From Octopus bimaculoides (lineage: Eukaryota), in assembly GCF_001194135.2 (NCBI RefSeq), contig NC_068990.1, forward strand, positions 16,570,536 through 16,634,535: DNA of 64,000 nt, in the 5' to 3' direction. The position numbers and the translations under genes were made by a program. The notes under the pieces are model-generated. The model worked only from the letters and a program-made list of their open reading frames with translations, did no database searches and was not told the origin of the DNA. This document shows, in pieces, positions 36,961-49,532 of this stretch. The stretch's first letter is position 1. Every line of letters starts with the position of its first letter.

Positions 36961-37487
36961 ATATATAATTGTGAAAACACTGATCCATGTATCTAAACCT
37001 AGTATATATATGCAGATACAGATTTATAAATGAATAAACGCATGCACACACACACACACGCACACACACACACACACACACACACGAGTCACTTTACATT
37101 CTGAGAAACACATACACAGAAAGATACACACAAACTTACTTTCACTCACACATATTTACATAATGTACATACGTCATAACATATACACAGACAGATACAC
37201 ACACAAACACACTCACACAAACTGATAAGAGAGAGAGAGAGAGAGAGAGCGTGTCCATGTCATGACTCGACCTGCTAGAAATAGCACACATTAGCCACTA
37301 TAGTCTTGGATATAAGCTGAAGAAAGAAAGGCATAGATAAATAAAACATGTTGGTCATGTATAAAATACTTTTGATCATGGGTCAACTCTACCTGAGCTG
37401 GGCTGGGGTTAAACAACATCGAAAAATGCATGCAGATACACACACATACACACACACACATATGCATGGATGTACATACATAGATGC

Positions 37488-37531
<44 letters not shown>

Positions 37532-37545
37532 NNNNNNNNNNATAT

Positions 37546-37576
<31 letters not shown>

Positions 37577-37809
37577 CACACACACACATGGATAGATAGA
37601 TAGATAGATAGACACAAAACATGTAGACATGCATGCTTGCACAGATATACATGGCCACACACACACACACACACACACACATTGTGTGTGAGTCACTGGC
37701 TTTCAATTCCTGATGGCACAGATTAAAACTAAATTAACTCAAAGGATTCTGGGTAATATATTGTTGGTCTGATGTTCTTTTGTTTTATTGTTTATTTCAT
37801 TGTGTTGTT

Positions 37810-38720
37810 GGTAGTGGTGGGGGTGGGGTGGTATTTGAAATGCAGCGGTGGTGGTAATAGTGGTGATGGTGGCGGTGGTGGTAGTGATCTAGTAGTGATG
37901 GTGTTGATGCTGCTGGTGCTCTTAATAGCAATGATGATGGTGGTGTTGGAGATAGCAGTAGTGGTGGTGATGATGATGGTGGTATTTGTGATGATGGTGG
38001 TGGTGGTAGTGTGGTGGTATTGGTGGTAGTAGCCTTGGTATAGTGGTGTTGCTGTGATGGTAGTGCAGGTGGTAGTACTAACAGTGGTGTTGGTGGTTTG
38101 GGTATCAGATGTAGTAGAGTTAAGGCAATAGTGTTGATTGTACAATAGTGAATGGGGGTAGGGATGTTGTGGCGATGGTAGTAGTGTAATCGTGTAAGCA
38201 CTGACAATAACAGTATTGGTGGTGGGCCTGATGGGTAATAATCATGTGGTAGTGACATGTGGTAGTGGTGGTGGTAGCTGCAGTATTTGTGGTTTAATAA
38301 TGATGTGGTAGTGGTGGCGGTTTTGTGGTATGGTGGTGAGTAATGATTGATGATTGTGGTGTAGTGTAGTGTGGTGGTAGTGGTTCTATAGTGTTGGTAT
38401 TGTGTGATAGTGAGGTAGCAGTACAGCGAAGATAGACAAGAATATGTTTCAAAAGCTGCTTTTATGGTAATCAGCTTCTTTTGTTGTTGTTGTTGTATGG
38501 TGTTGGTGGTGGTGGTGGTGGTGGTGGTTGTAGTGTTGATAATGTTGGTGTTATTTGTAGTGGTGGTGATGGTGTTGTTGGTGTTGGTGGTGGTGATAGT
38601 GTGGTATTGATGGTGATGTTCGGTGGTATTAGTTGTGGTGGTGGTGATGTTGGTGATGGTGTTACAGCAGAGGTGGTGTTCGTTTTGTTGGTGCTGTTGT
38701 TGTTGTTGTTACTTTTGTTA
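37810..38720. repeat. GGT/GAT/GTA/GTT low-complexity trinucleotide region
   Basis: Direct reading. Gives spurious poly-V/T/H ORFs. Confidence 0.9.
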
Positions 38721-39069
38721 GTGACATAACAATGGTGCTATTCTTAAGTAACTCCAGTCAACCATTACTGACAGCAGAATCTTGTTCCTGCCGCTGAATC
38801 ACCAAACTTATGATCAAACATTCCAGACATGACCACCCTGTCGTTATTTCAGGTTGTTCTATCAGGAACTTTGATATCCAATCTCTCTTTTAATATCAGT
38901 CAGTCGATCCTGAGCCCATAACATTCATTAATAGCTAATTACTATGCCAATCCAGAGATGTAATTAGCCAGATCCAATGCTAGACAGTAGATCCAGGGAT
39001 AATCACATCCAATATAGGATCATCATCATTACCATCGTCATCGTCATCATCATCATCATCATCATCACC

Positions 39070-39103
<34 letters not shown>

Positions 39104-39285
39104 TCATCATTCTAATGTCTACTTTTCCAGGCTTTATTGAGGCAGATTTTCTATGGCTGGATGTCACCAACCCTCTCCTGTTTCCAAGCATGGTAATATT
39201 TCCCCATGACCAGTCATGTCACAGAATATTGGAAATGAATGACACTGCTTGTATAACAGTAACACTCATTTACAGCTATCATGCA

Positions 39286-39324
<39 letters not shown>

Positions 39325-39778
39325 ACATGCTTCTTTTAGTTTCTGTCTACCAAATCCATTCATGAGGCCTTAGTCAGCCTGGGGCTATAGTAGATAACAC
39401 TTCCACCAGATGACTGAACCTGAAACCATGTGGTTGGGAGGCAAACTTCTTAAGCATACAGCCACACATACATCTCTGTGTAAAATTCTTTGTCAACTGA
39501 ATGAACCAGGTTTGACTAGATATTACTTAATAGGGGTGGGCATGGCTGTATGGTTAAGAAGTTTGCTCCCCAACTACGTGGTTGAGGGTTTAGTCCAATG
39601 GCATGGCACTTTGTATGTGTGTGTGTGTGAGTGAGTGAATGTGTGTGTGAGTGAATGAGTGTGTGTGTGTATGTGAGTGAGTGTGTGTGTGTGTGTCTAT
39701 GTGTGTGTGTGTGTGAGTGTGAATGAGTGAGTGAGTTAGTGAATGAGTGAGTTAGTGAGTGAGTGAGTGTGTGTGTGT

Positions 39779-39820
<42 letters not shown>

Positions 39821-40087
39821 TGTTTTGACATTGTGAGATAGTTGGTGGCGATGATGATGATGAGGAGGATTTACTGTGCTAATGAAATCTAATAGACCAA
39901 AACATATCCATAGCTGTTGATTGTCTGCAAAGAATCAATTTTTTTTCCCCTCCTTCCAGTAAAACACGTAAATTAAATTCCTAAATTCTTGAAATTAATC
40001 TTCACTTCTCTTTGAGAGAACTATGAACAATTGCTGCCAGGTTTTTTTTCCCCATCTCAGAAGGAAATTTCAATTTATTAAGAATTT

Positions 40088-40123
<36 letters not shown>

Positions 40124-40491
40124 TGTGTGTGCATGCATGTGTGCATGCATGCGTGCATGCATCCATGTGTGTGCACATGTATGGCAGTCACTATATTCTA
40201 TCCTTTAAATTCATTAGCTAATTTTGAATATTTCTATGGGTTGATTACATTTTTGATTATGCAGATTATAATCTTTATTCTTTTACTCTTTTCCTGGTTT
40301 CAGTCATTGGACTGTGGCCATGCTGGAGGACTGTTTTGAAAAGATCAGTCCAGTAGTTACTTTTTTTTTTTACTTATTGTATCAGGTCCTTTTGGTCAAA
40401 CATGGTGGTGTAAGTAAGTCAATACTGATTGTCAAGCAGCATAAAAGAAAGACTGAAACAGACACATACATACATATTTACATACATGCAA

Positions 40492-40572
<81 letters not shown>

Positions 40573-40799
40573 TGAGTGAGTGTACAATATACATCCTATA
40601 AGGATCTACCTGGTTTCTGTCAAGCTGATGCACCCACAAGGCATTGGTTGGTTTGGGATTATAGCAGAAGATACTTGCCCAAAGTGCTGCCACTGGAGTT
40701 TGAACCTGTAACCATGTGGTTGCAAAGCCAACTTGTGAACCAAACGGTCATACCTCCGCCTATACTGGTCAAAAATGATTTATAACTCTCCTCTAATCT

Positions 40800-41290
40800 G
40801 TGAAAATTTTTGTTACTGTAAACAAACTGTTGTGAGTAGAGTTATACTGGTGAGGTCTAATAGACTGAAACATGTTCATTGTTATGGTACTTTGCCTGGA
40901 AACAAAACTCAGACTTTCCTTGGTTTGCAGGCCTGTCCCTCTGAAGTATCTACAACATGCTCAGCATCATTAAGAATCCATAGATAGAAGTCCATCAAGT
41001 TGGATATATAATCACATTATCAATGCGACCATTGGATACTGTCACATGCCACTGGTCACACTGTGCTGTCTTGATTGTGTCATTCTTTTCCATCTTGACC
41101 AAAAGTGCTGAACTAAATTGTCTTCACATCATTGTGGAAGCCTTCCAAGTGGCCTTTTCTGTCCCTTGGATACCATTCAGCAACTGCACAGATCCGTCTG
41201 TTGTCTGTGAACCCTGTGACATGTCCAGTCCACTAGAACTTGTGCTTCTAGTATTCTACAATCACATCGTTCACTCCACTCTATTCTCCA
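40800..41290 (-). mobile_element. Degenerate RTE LINE C-terminal fragment
   Basis: Minus strand reads ...WTGHVTGFTDNRRICAVAEWYPRDRK, corresponding to WAGHVAR..DNRW...V.EWYPR..KR. Confidence 0.7.
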
Positions 41291-42420
41291 ATTACATCAT
41301 CATTATCATCACCATCATCATTGTCGTTTAATGTCTGCTTTCCATGCTAGCATGGGTGGGATGGTTTCACAAGAACCAGCCAGGCAGAAGCTTGCACCAG
41401 ACTTCTGTGACTGTTTTAGCAGGATTTTTACAGCTGGCTGCCCTTCCTAATAGCAACCATTCAGTAGACTTAGTGCTTTTTATGTGGCACAAGCATAGGT
41501 GAGGTCAGTTTTGACAAGGTTTTTACAGCTGGATGCCCTTTTGAACACCAACCACTTAACAGTGTGGACTGGGTGCTTCTAAGTGACCCCTGCACTGACA
41601 CAGTCACGAAGTACTTGCAAGAAATTGAATAAATGACAAAGGAACAGGAAATTATGTAAAATTATGGTTTTTGGTAGTGGTGGTGGTGGTGGTGGTGGTG
41701 GTGGTGGTGGTGGTGATGATGATGATGATGATGATGATGACGACAACAACAAAACTTTTGAATTTTGCTGAACTTATACGTTAAGAAACATTATTGTTAG
41801 AAAATAAATATTTTACAAGTAAAAATCATTGAATTTAATATTATTTTTTCCCTATAACTTTGACAATTCTTCTAAAAATTGATGCAAGGAAAACACTGAA
41901 TCAAACATTCCAAACCAAGAATATGATTTGAGAAAACTGAAATTTCATAACTAGAAAGAAATATTAAAAAATTCTTTCTAAAGAATACGATCAAAAATAG
42001 TTGGAATTGTTTTTTTATGACACAGTTCTGCTAGTCTTTAAATAATCTACAATTGTGATATGATATTTTGGAATGTTATCTTCCAAATTTTTTTTATAGA
42101 ATTGTCAGAAAGTTAGTCTGTTATTATTTTTGTCTTGTTGTACTTTGTTATTTCTTCGATACTTGTAAGAATCAGTCTATCTAAACACAGCACCCCTCTC
42201 CCTCTTTCCCTCTCTCTGTGTAGCCTCCATGCTTCTTTCCCCTATACCTATATCATTTTCAATGAACAAAGGAACCATTATTATTATTCATATTATTCAG
42301 TAACAAACGTCACTTTCTTCTTGTGGAACTGGCTGGCAGCACAGGAGTACAACAGCTGCTAAAATTCTCTAAATACATCTGCTTTCCTCTTCCCTCTTCC
42401 CCCTCCTCCTGAAAGAAACC

Positions 42421-42451
<31 letters not shown>

Positions 42452-42556
42452 AATGTTATAAAGATTTTATAACATTTTTCTAACATTTTTCTGACATAAT
42501 TTAAATATATACTTTAACCATGTAACACAAGCTTTCTGTAGTTTTTTCACTCTTAT

Positions 42557-42604
<48 letters not shown>

Positions 42605-43034
42605 TTGTACACACATATATATATATATAAATATACATACTATGTGTATGTATGCATGTGTGGGGCCTAATGGTTAGAGTATTGCACTCATGATGGCAAG
42701 ATTGTGGTTTCAATTCCCAGACTGACTGAGTATTGTGTTCTTGAGCAAAACACTTCATTTCACTTTGCTCCAGTCCACTTAGCTGTAAGTGTGTAACCTT
42801 GTGACAGACTGGCATTCCATTCAAGGGGAATGTTGGCCTGCCCCTCTTAACCAGTAGACATCATTTGAAAGCTACAACAATGTGTGGAAGCACATTGTGT
42901 CCAGTGATGTACAACAATATTCGATAGTGTGGCTGTTGCCTGTTTTATATCAGTGACTTTTTGTCACTGGAAAAAGGATATATAGATATATTTGCATTGG
43001 GAACCACTTCACATCGACAACCGGTGATTGTCAC

Positions 43035-43073
43035 ATGCTGATGACGGGTCACTACCCAGAAACTCAGGTCCGT
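43035..43073 (+). ncRNA. Candidate minimal type I hammerhead ribozyme (Penelope-type)
   Basis: ATG-CTGATGA-C-GGGT-CACT-ACCC-A-GAAA-C-TCAG-G-TC-CGT: complete catalytic core, 4-bp stem II, short stem III, GUC site and 3-bp stem I. Confidence 0.55.
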
Positions 43074-43079
43074 TAGAAT

Positions 43080-43308
43080 ATGTTGTTTATATTCTTACGG
43101 CAGTAACTGTATTCAGCTGAATAGACGTCAGTGATTGGTTGAAATTACACAAATACGACAACTTCAACATGAAATAACTTATTAAGAACTAATTTTTGTT
43201 AAGAAGGCTAAAAGAAAAAAAATTTTTGTATGACACATTCTACCAGTATCCCAAGTTTGAAAGTGTTTCGTTAACAAAAAAGGGTTGCCCGTCAAACCAA
43301 AAAGATCG
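43080..43308 (-). mobile_element. Single arm of a GGATC-terminus foldback element family relative
   Basis: Reverse complement begins CGATCTTTTTGGTTTGACGGG...AACGAAACACTTTCAAACTTGGGATACTGGTAGAATGTGTCATA...TTTCAACCAATCACTGACGTCTATTCAGC, matching the left arm of 50304-50936. Confidence 0.75.
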
Positions 43309-43344
43309 CCAAAAAGACACTGGTCTCCTTGATTGTGTCGAGAA

Positions 43345-43444
43345 CGATGAAAACTTTTGAAAACTTTGTGTAAGCCTCTAAGCAGGTATCGCCAAGCTTT
43401 TGGCATAATTTGATGCAGATTTTCTGCTCATCTTTCTCAGTCAA
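43345..43444 (-). mobile_element. Mariner transposase N-terminal (HTH) remnant
   Basis: LTEKDEQKICIKLCQKLGDTCLEAYTKFSKVF corresponds to the mariner EQRxxIKFCxxLGxxxxExxxxLxxxF motif. Confidence 0.7.
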
Positions 43445-43629
43445 GGTCAATGCGACGATCACACTGCTATACAGAAGCTCTTTTGCATGGAATAATTTCT
43501 GGCATTTCTGGACTCTAGAAGTCTCAAAACAGAAAAAAATGTTTCTTATTATATTAACATGTTAAAAACAAATATGTCGCCAGTGTTGGAAAATTAAGGC
43601 CCAGAAAATAACGCAACGAGCAGAGGAAT

Positions 43630-43692
<63 letters not shown>

Positions 43693-44585
43693 NNNNNNNN
43701 NNNNNNNNNNNNNNNNNNNNNNNNNNNNNNNNNNNNNNNNNNNNNNNNNNNNNNNNNNNNNNNNNNNNNNNNNNNNNNNNNNNNNNNNNNNNNNNNNNNN
43801 NNNNNNNNNNNNNNNNNNNNNNNNNNNNNNNNNNNNNNNNNNNNNNNNNNNNNNNNNNNNNNNNNNNNNNNNNNNNNNNNNNNNNNNNNNNNNNNNNNNN
43901 NNNNNNNNNNNNNNNNNNNNNNNNNNNNNNNNNNNNNNNNNNNNNNNNNNNNNNNNNNNNNNNNNNNNNNNNNNNNNNNNNNNNNNNNNNNNNNNNNNNN
44001 NNNNNNNNNNNNNNNNNNNNNNNNNNNNNNNNNNNNNNNNNNNNNNNNNNNNNNNNNNNNNNNNNNNNNNNNNNNNNNNNNNNNNNNNNNNNNNNNNNNN
44101 NNNNNNNNNNNNNNNNNNNNNNNNNNNNNNNNNNNNNNNNNNNNNNNNNNNNNNNNNNNNNNNNNNNNNNNNNNNNNNNNNNNNNNNNNNNNNNNNNNNN
44201 NNNNNNNNNNNNNNNNNNNNNNNNNNNNNNNNNNNNNNNNNNNNNNNNNNNACACACACACACACACACACACACACACTATTTATAGAAAAAGCAACCA
44301 ACACTTTGGTACAGAGTATCACTTCCTCAGCCTCGATGGTAAAGTAACAGACTAACATTTATTGGTTTTTAATTAGTCTTCCACCTAAGTCTAGAACTGT
44401 TACGACTGTTCTTATAAATGATGAAATATTTGGGTTTATCACATTGAGTATATAATGTGATTAGAATAGAGGGAAGGAGTTTACTTCTGATACACGATAC
44501 GAAGGAAATATACGTGAGCATACTTCGCAGCAAGTCTCCCGCTGTGGCGTGACAAATTCTCGGTTTCAATAAAAATATAAACTGT

Positions 44586-44617
<32 letters not shown>

Positions 44618-44799
44618 TACTTAACTGTTTAGTTAAGTAAGATTCGGGATAAAAATCTTGTAGAATAGCTCGTCTACGCATTTTACAACTTGGATGCATG
44701 ATAATGGTAACGCGGATAACACAACATCTCACCAATATACTAAAGACATAAAAACGTCTCGAAACAAATGTGATTTTAAATAAAGAAATGTCGTCAATT

Positions 44800-45260
44800 C
44801 CATTGTCCGCCATCTATCTATCTATATTTAGCTGGAAAGCAAGAAGCTCTGGCCCTTTTAATACAAATTCCTGCTTCTCATGAGTCGCATATAAGACGAT
44901 GGAAATAATACCAAAAGAAAAACAAAAGAAAAGAAAAAAAAGAAAGAAAACACGCGCTTTCGATTAACTGCGACGCTTTATTCTTCAGCTAAATAAAATT
45001 ACACAACGAACCAGGTTAATACACCACGAAGAAAATGTGAACTGTAGCAAATCATTCATTATTAGCTTTTCTATCTCGGTCGAACTTGGACACATATACT
45101 TCAAAAACAAACTTTCCCCTCTCTATGTTCTCTCTCATATCACTGGTGAAAATGGAAAACTTCCTGCTATTTATTAAAAAAAAACTGGTTCAAACCAACA
45201 TTTTCCGTTTGCAACATCCAGTGGTCTATTGCGCAACGCGATTGGATACGCACTTCGTAT
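44800..45260 (-). promoter_or_regulatory. Candidate promoter / first exon in CpG-retaining unique DNA
   Basis: YY1-type CCGCCATCT (44807-44815) overlapping a minus-strand ATGGCG. C/EBP-like ATTGCGCAAC (45228-45237) next to an inverted CCAAT (45241-45245). Confidence 0.3.
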
Positions 45261-45411
45261 TCCGCATAAAACTAGACCCATCTAAATGCCTGACTCGACA
45301 AAGTATTTCAGTGTCATATGACTGATTGCATGATCAATCAATAGAGACTTATACGTGGGGCCGGTTTCCGAGTACTTAAGTCTAAACATCCAATTATAAA
45401 ATTGGTCTTGC

Positions 45412-45419
<8 letters not shown>

Positions 45420-45442
<23 letters not shown>

Positions 45443-45650
45443 GAGAATGTACGAAAAAAACAACAACAACAGACGAGGACAGGTGGTGTAAACAACAAAA
45501 GGATGTATTAATTTGACGTTCGGGAATACAGAAAGTCTTTAACGTTTCGAGCTACGCTCTTCAACAGAAAGAATACGGAGAAAACAAGGAGAAAAACACG
45601 GAGAAAAAAAATTGAATGGCGTTTGGTCAGCGATTAATCATGGCGTTGAT
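45420..45650 (-). mobile_element. Penelope-like pseudo-LTR
   Basis: Contains a hammerhead-like fold, plus purine-rich/T-rich flanks typical of PLE repeats. Confidence 0.5.
45505..45576 (-). ncRNA. Candidate type I hammerhead ribozyme with variant core CUGUUGA
   Basis: Minus: GTATTCTTT-CTGTTGA-A-GAGC-GTA-GCTC-GAAACGTT-(20 nt loop)-AACGTC-AAATTAATAC. Stems I, II and III can all pair. Confidence 0.45.
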
Positions 45651-45655
45651 TAAGT

Positions 45656-45850
45656 GAAGTTGAACATCTTATCTGGCCACCACAGTCCCCACATCTCTAT
45701 ATTATTGAACATTTATGGTGCATTTTAGAAAAACAAGTAAGAAGTCGGTATCCAACACAATCATCACTACAAGAACTGGAGACTGTTTTAGCTGAAGAAT
45801 GGACAAAAATTCCTTTGGAAACAATTCAAACTTCGTACGAGTCCATACCC
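45656..45850 (+). mobile_element. Tc1 transposase C-terminal fragment
   Basis: EVEHLIWPPQSPHLYIIEHLWCILEKQVRSR...LQELETVLAEEWTKIPLETIQ corresponds to the Tc1 WPxQSPDLNPIExLW motif. Confidence 0.9.
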
Positions 45851-46220
45851 GTTCATGGGAATTCTGAAGAGTCCCCTTGAAAGGATGAAAGCGCTAATAA
45901 ACGATTATCCAAAATTCTGACTGCCTCTGTTATATGGACTGTTGGATATGTTATTCGTCTGACGTTCCGTGTGTCACTGTGGTTCGTCTGAGTTCATTGT
46001 ATCATTGTTGTTGTTGTCTTGTGTGACTGTCGTAGTAAAATGTCATTGATAGATATATGGCGGACATGATTCTTGTTTATTCATAACGAACTTTGGGTGA
46101 GTGCGTTCTTTGTATGTAATTGAATAATAAATGTAATAATTAAATTGTACAACTCGTTGTGCTATCTCTGCGAGTCTCCCGAGGGAAATACAACAGCCTC
46201 CTTTTTCTTAATATACAATA
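45851..46220. mobile_element. Possible solo LTR
   Basis: ~370-bp segment interrupting the Tc1 fragment. Ends resemble mutated TGTT...AACA (GTTC.../...TATACAATA) and there is an internal AATAAA. No TSD seen. Confidence 0.35.
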
Positions 46221-46890
46221 TCTGTACATCACTTCAAACACTCTATACATACATACATATTAAAGTTAAATAAGGCCGGTTTATGGGATTATCTTAGGCT
46301 TAATATCTATAAAGGGCTTAGCTTTATGGCGTATCATCAGATCCCAAAACCTGTTGGCTAAAGGCCTCTCTAGCGAGAGGCCTCTCAGTTTTTGTCCACT
46401 ATTTTACTAGAAAGGTACTGTACACCAGCCAACATCATCTACGAGGAGGGACCGAACTCCTAACCACGTGGTTCCGACGCAAACGTCTGAACCACACAGA
46501 TATACTGCAAAATATTTCTTACACACACACACACACACATCTACCCTTAAAAGTATTGAGTAATCCTTCAGTTTAATGTTAAATTGTTTTATAGCGCAGG
46601 AGTGGATGTGTGGTAAGTAGCTTGATTACCTACCACATGGTTCCGGGTTCGGTCCCACTGCGTGGCAACTTGGCTAAAAGTCTTCTACTATAGCTTCGGG
46701 CCGACCAAAGCCTTGTGAGTGGATTTGGTAGACGGAAACTGAAAGAAGCCAGTCGTATATATCTATATCTATNNNNNNNNNNNNNNNNNNNNNNNNNNNN
46801 NNNNNNNNNNNNNNNNNNNNNNNNNNNNNNNNNNNNNNNNNNNNNNNNNNNNNNNNNNNNNNNNNNNNNNNNNNNNNNNNNNNNNNNNNN

Positions 46891-46961
<71 letters not shown>

Positions 46962-47032
46962 GCGTGCGTATTTCATCTCAACTTCATCTGTGCTCGCTGA
47001 TTGTAGACAAAAGCCTCATTGTTCGTATAGAC

Positions 47033-47289
47033 CACTGGTTCTCAACCAGTTCTTTTTGACCCATGGACGTCTTTGGTTCCTATTTTACTCCAATGGACCC
47101 TTGTAGCCATTCGCTGTATTAAAAATCTTATGATATTTTTTATAATTAAACATTAACAGGAATTGTATATAACATTAAGATATTTTGTGTGTAGTAGAAG
47201 TATGACCAATTTATTGCAGATAAATTTTAACAGCAAAACCTTACGTGGACCCCAAGGGTCATACAGACCCCGGTTGATGAGAACCTCTG
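47033..47289. mobile_element. hAT-Charlie-like MITE
   Basis: CACTGGTTCTCAACC ... GGTTGATGAGAACCTCTG with 8-bp TSD GTATAGAC / ATATAGAC. Confidence 0.8.
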
Positions 47290-49500
47290 ATATAGACGGT
47301 ATCGTTTGTTTCCAGTTCTTCACATAATTATGTCTGGACTGTTTCTTGCTTGATAAACTGAGGGAACTTATTACTTTGCTTGGAAACAGATAAGAATCGA
47401 CGTCAGGAAAAAGTTCAGGCCTTGGAAAACTTTGTCCCAACTTAAGCACGTCTAACTTGAGCAAGCTTGGAAAAGCAGACGTTAAAACGACGACGACGAC
47501 GACGACGGTGGTGGTGGTGGTGGCGAAAATTGAAACTTTCTCTTTTGCTTGTCAACGTCTGTCAAATCTGCCTTAAAAAATGATTGATTGGAAAAATGTC
47601 AGCTGGGGCTTTCATAAAGTTCAAGGATACAGCGTAACTGGCTCTGGTCAACGTCATTAAATATGGTAATATTAATTCTACTTGCTAATAGCAAAGGGAT
47701 TTAACTTTAAACCAAAATGTTGAAAGTTCAAATCCGTGGAAACTCACTTTAATTATGTAGTTAAGCTAAAAGCAGACGGCTGGTACGGCAAAAATTTTGC
47801 AAAAATTTGGTTCTCCAAATGACAAAATATTTGATGATAGTTTTATAGCCGGTCACCATTTTCTATAACCGGTTTGGTTACTGCTTATAGCCGCGTTTTG
47901 TTACCGTTTGTGTAACACTACTTTTATATGTTTCCTATTTGGAATTAGATAATAAATATATTTTACTTTTGAAGTAGGAATATATATTGATAAACCAGTC
48001 ACTTATAACTTACTTATAAGTGTTATCATTATACGTAAATCCTGACTCCAGCTACATAAACGCCATAGCGAGCAATATATACTCGGAAACGCTAACGGAC
48101 ATTTTATGCGTGTATGTATGTTGAGAAACAAATTCGTGTTCTTTTAACCGCTATAAAAAATACACAGTTTCAGAATTGCAGGAATAAATTTCATTAACAA
48201 GTTGAAGAACGTGAAGAAAGAGAAAATAATTACTACATTATTTTATTTATGTACATTTAGCATTTATAGTACAATTGGAAAGTAAAGTCATTTTGTCGTA
48301 GAGAATTGCGACTTAAAATTCACATTAGCTAATCTTTCATACTAACTACTAGAGTTCACAACAATTCAAATAAGTCTTGTTGGATTTTCATCATAGACAT
48401 GACATAAAAAATAGCCAATATCTCAATGATTGAGTGTCGTGGAGTTTAGTAACAATCCTACGAACACTGAGTAATTTCCCAAAAATCAGGGTTTTTATAA
48501 CTGCTCATATCTGAATTCTAAGAACCGTATTTCGTGAAACATTTCTTAAGACGAAAGTTTAGAATTCGTATATGGGCAGTAATTTTAACCAATGGGATAC
48601 CAACAATTATGCTTGTTCGGGCAAACGACAATTACGTCATATTGCTGCCTTATATGACTTGCTACAATAGTTACAAGTATGTAACTATCAATGTAAGATT
48701 GTATGCGTGCACTCGATTGTTTGTCTTTTATGTCAAATTATGTATGAAAACATTTTAACATTAAACTAAAGGATTACTCAATACTTTTTTTGTAGAATAC
48801 GTATTTATTAGACTTTTATAAGATAGTGACTTTGAAGTTTCAGCTTGGTCAGCTTCGTCAGACCATATGTGTGTGTGTGTATACATAAAAGTATACATGC
48901 ATATTTATATATATATGTATGTACACACATACATTCATACCCATATACACAAGCCGCGCGCGCACACTGAGAGACGCGTGAAAAGAAAGAAAGATGTACC
49001 TGGCAAATTGCTCTTAATTCAGTCAACCGTCTTACAAAAATTACCTTCAATTTTATTAGTGACGCGGTCCGCCTGATGATGAACCATGTCTCATGCGGCC
49101 CGCTTCTGGTAAAAGGTTGACCATACCTCAACTACATTAACATTAACACTTTCAGTAATGATAACGGAATGCCCCCCCACCCCGCCACCTACAAGCTTAG
49201 TCATCATCGCCGAGCGGCTGACTTGGGGATAAATGCCAAGCGTCAACACCACCACCACCACCACAACTATCTTGTCAACAGGAATTAGACCAAACGAATT
49301 ATATCCTGTATCTGTTTCTTTTTTTGTGTTTGTTATATTTGCGATGATGGAATAAAAGACATGACTGGACACTTGTAATATTCTTACTCACTGGGAATCA
49401 ATATTTACCGACATTGTCAATATCTACCTTGACCAGTAACTCACCATCACCACAAATATCACACACACACACACTTTCTTTCTTTCTCTTTGTGTGCGTG

Positions 49501-49532
<32 letters not shown>

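Noticed and set aside
36696-38729. Poly-M/I/S/V/T/H ORFs
   Set aside because: Trinucleotide repeats are open in several frames on both strands.
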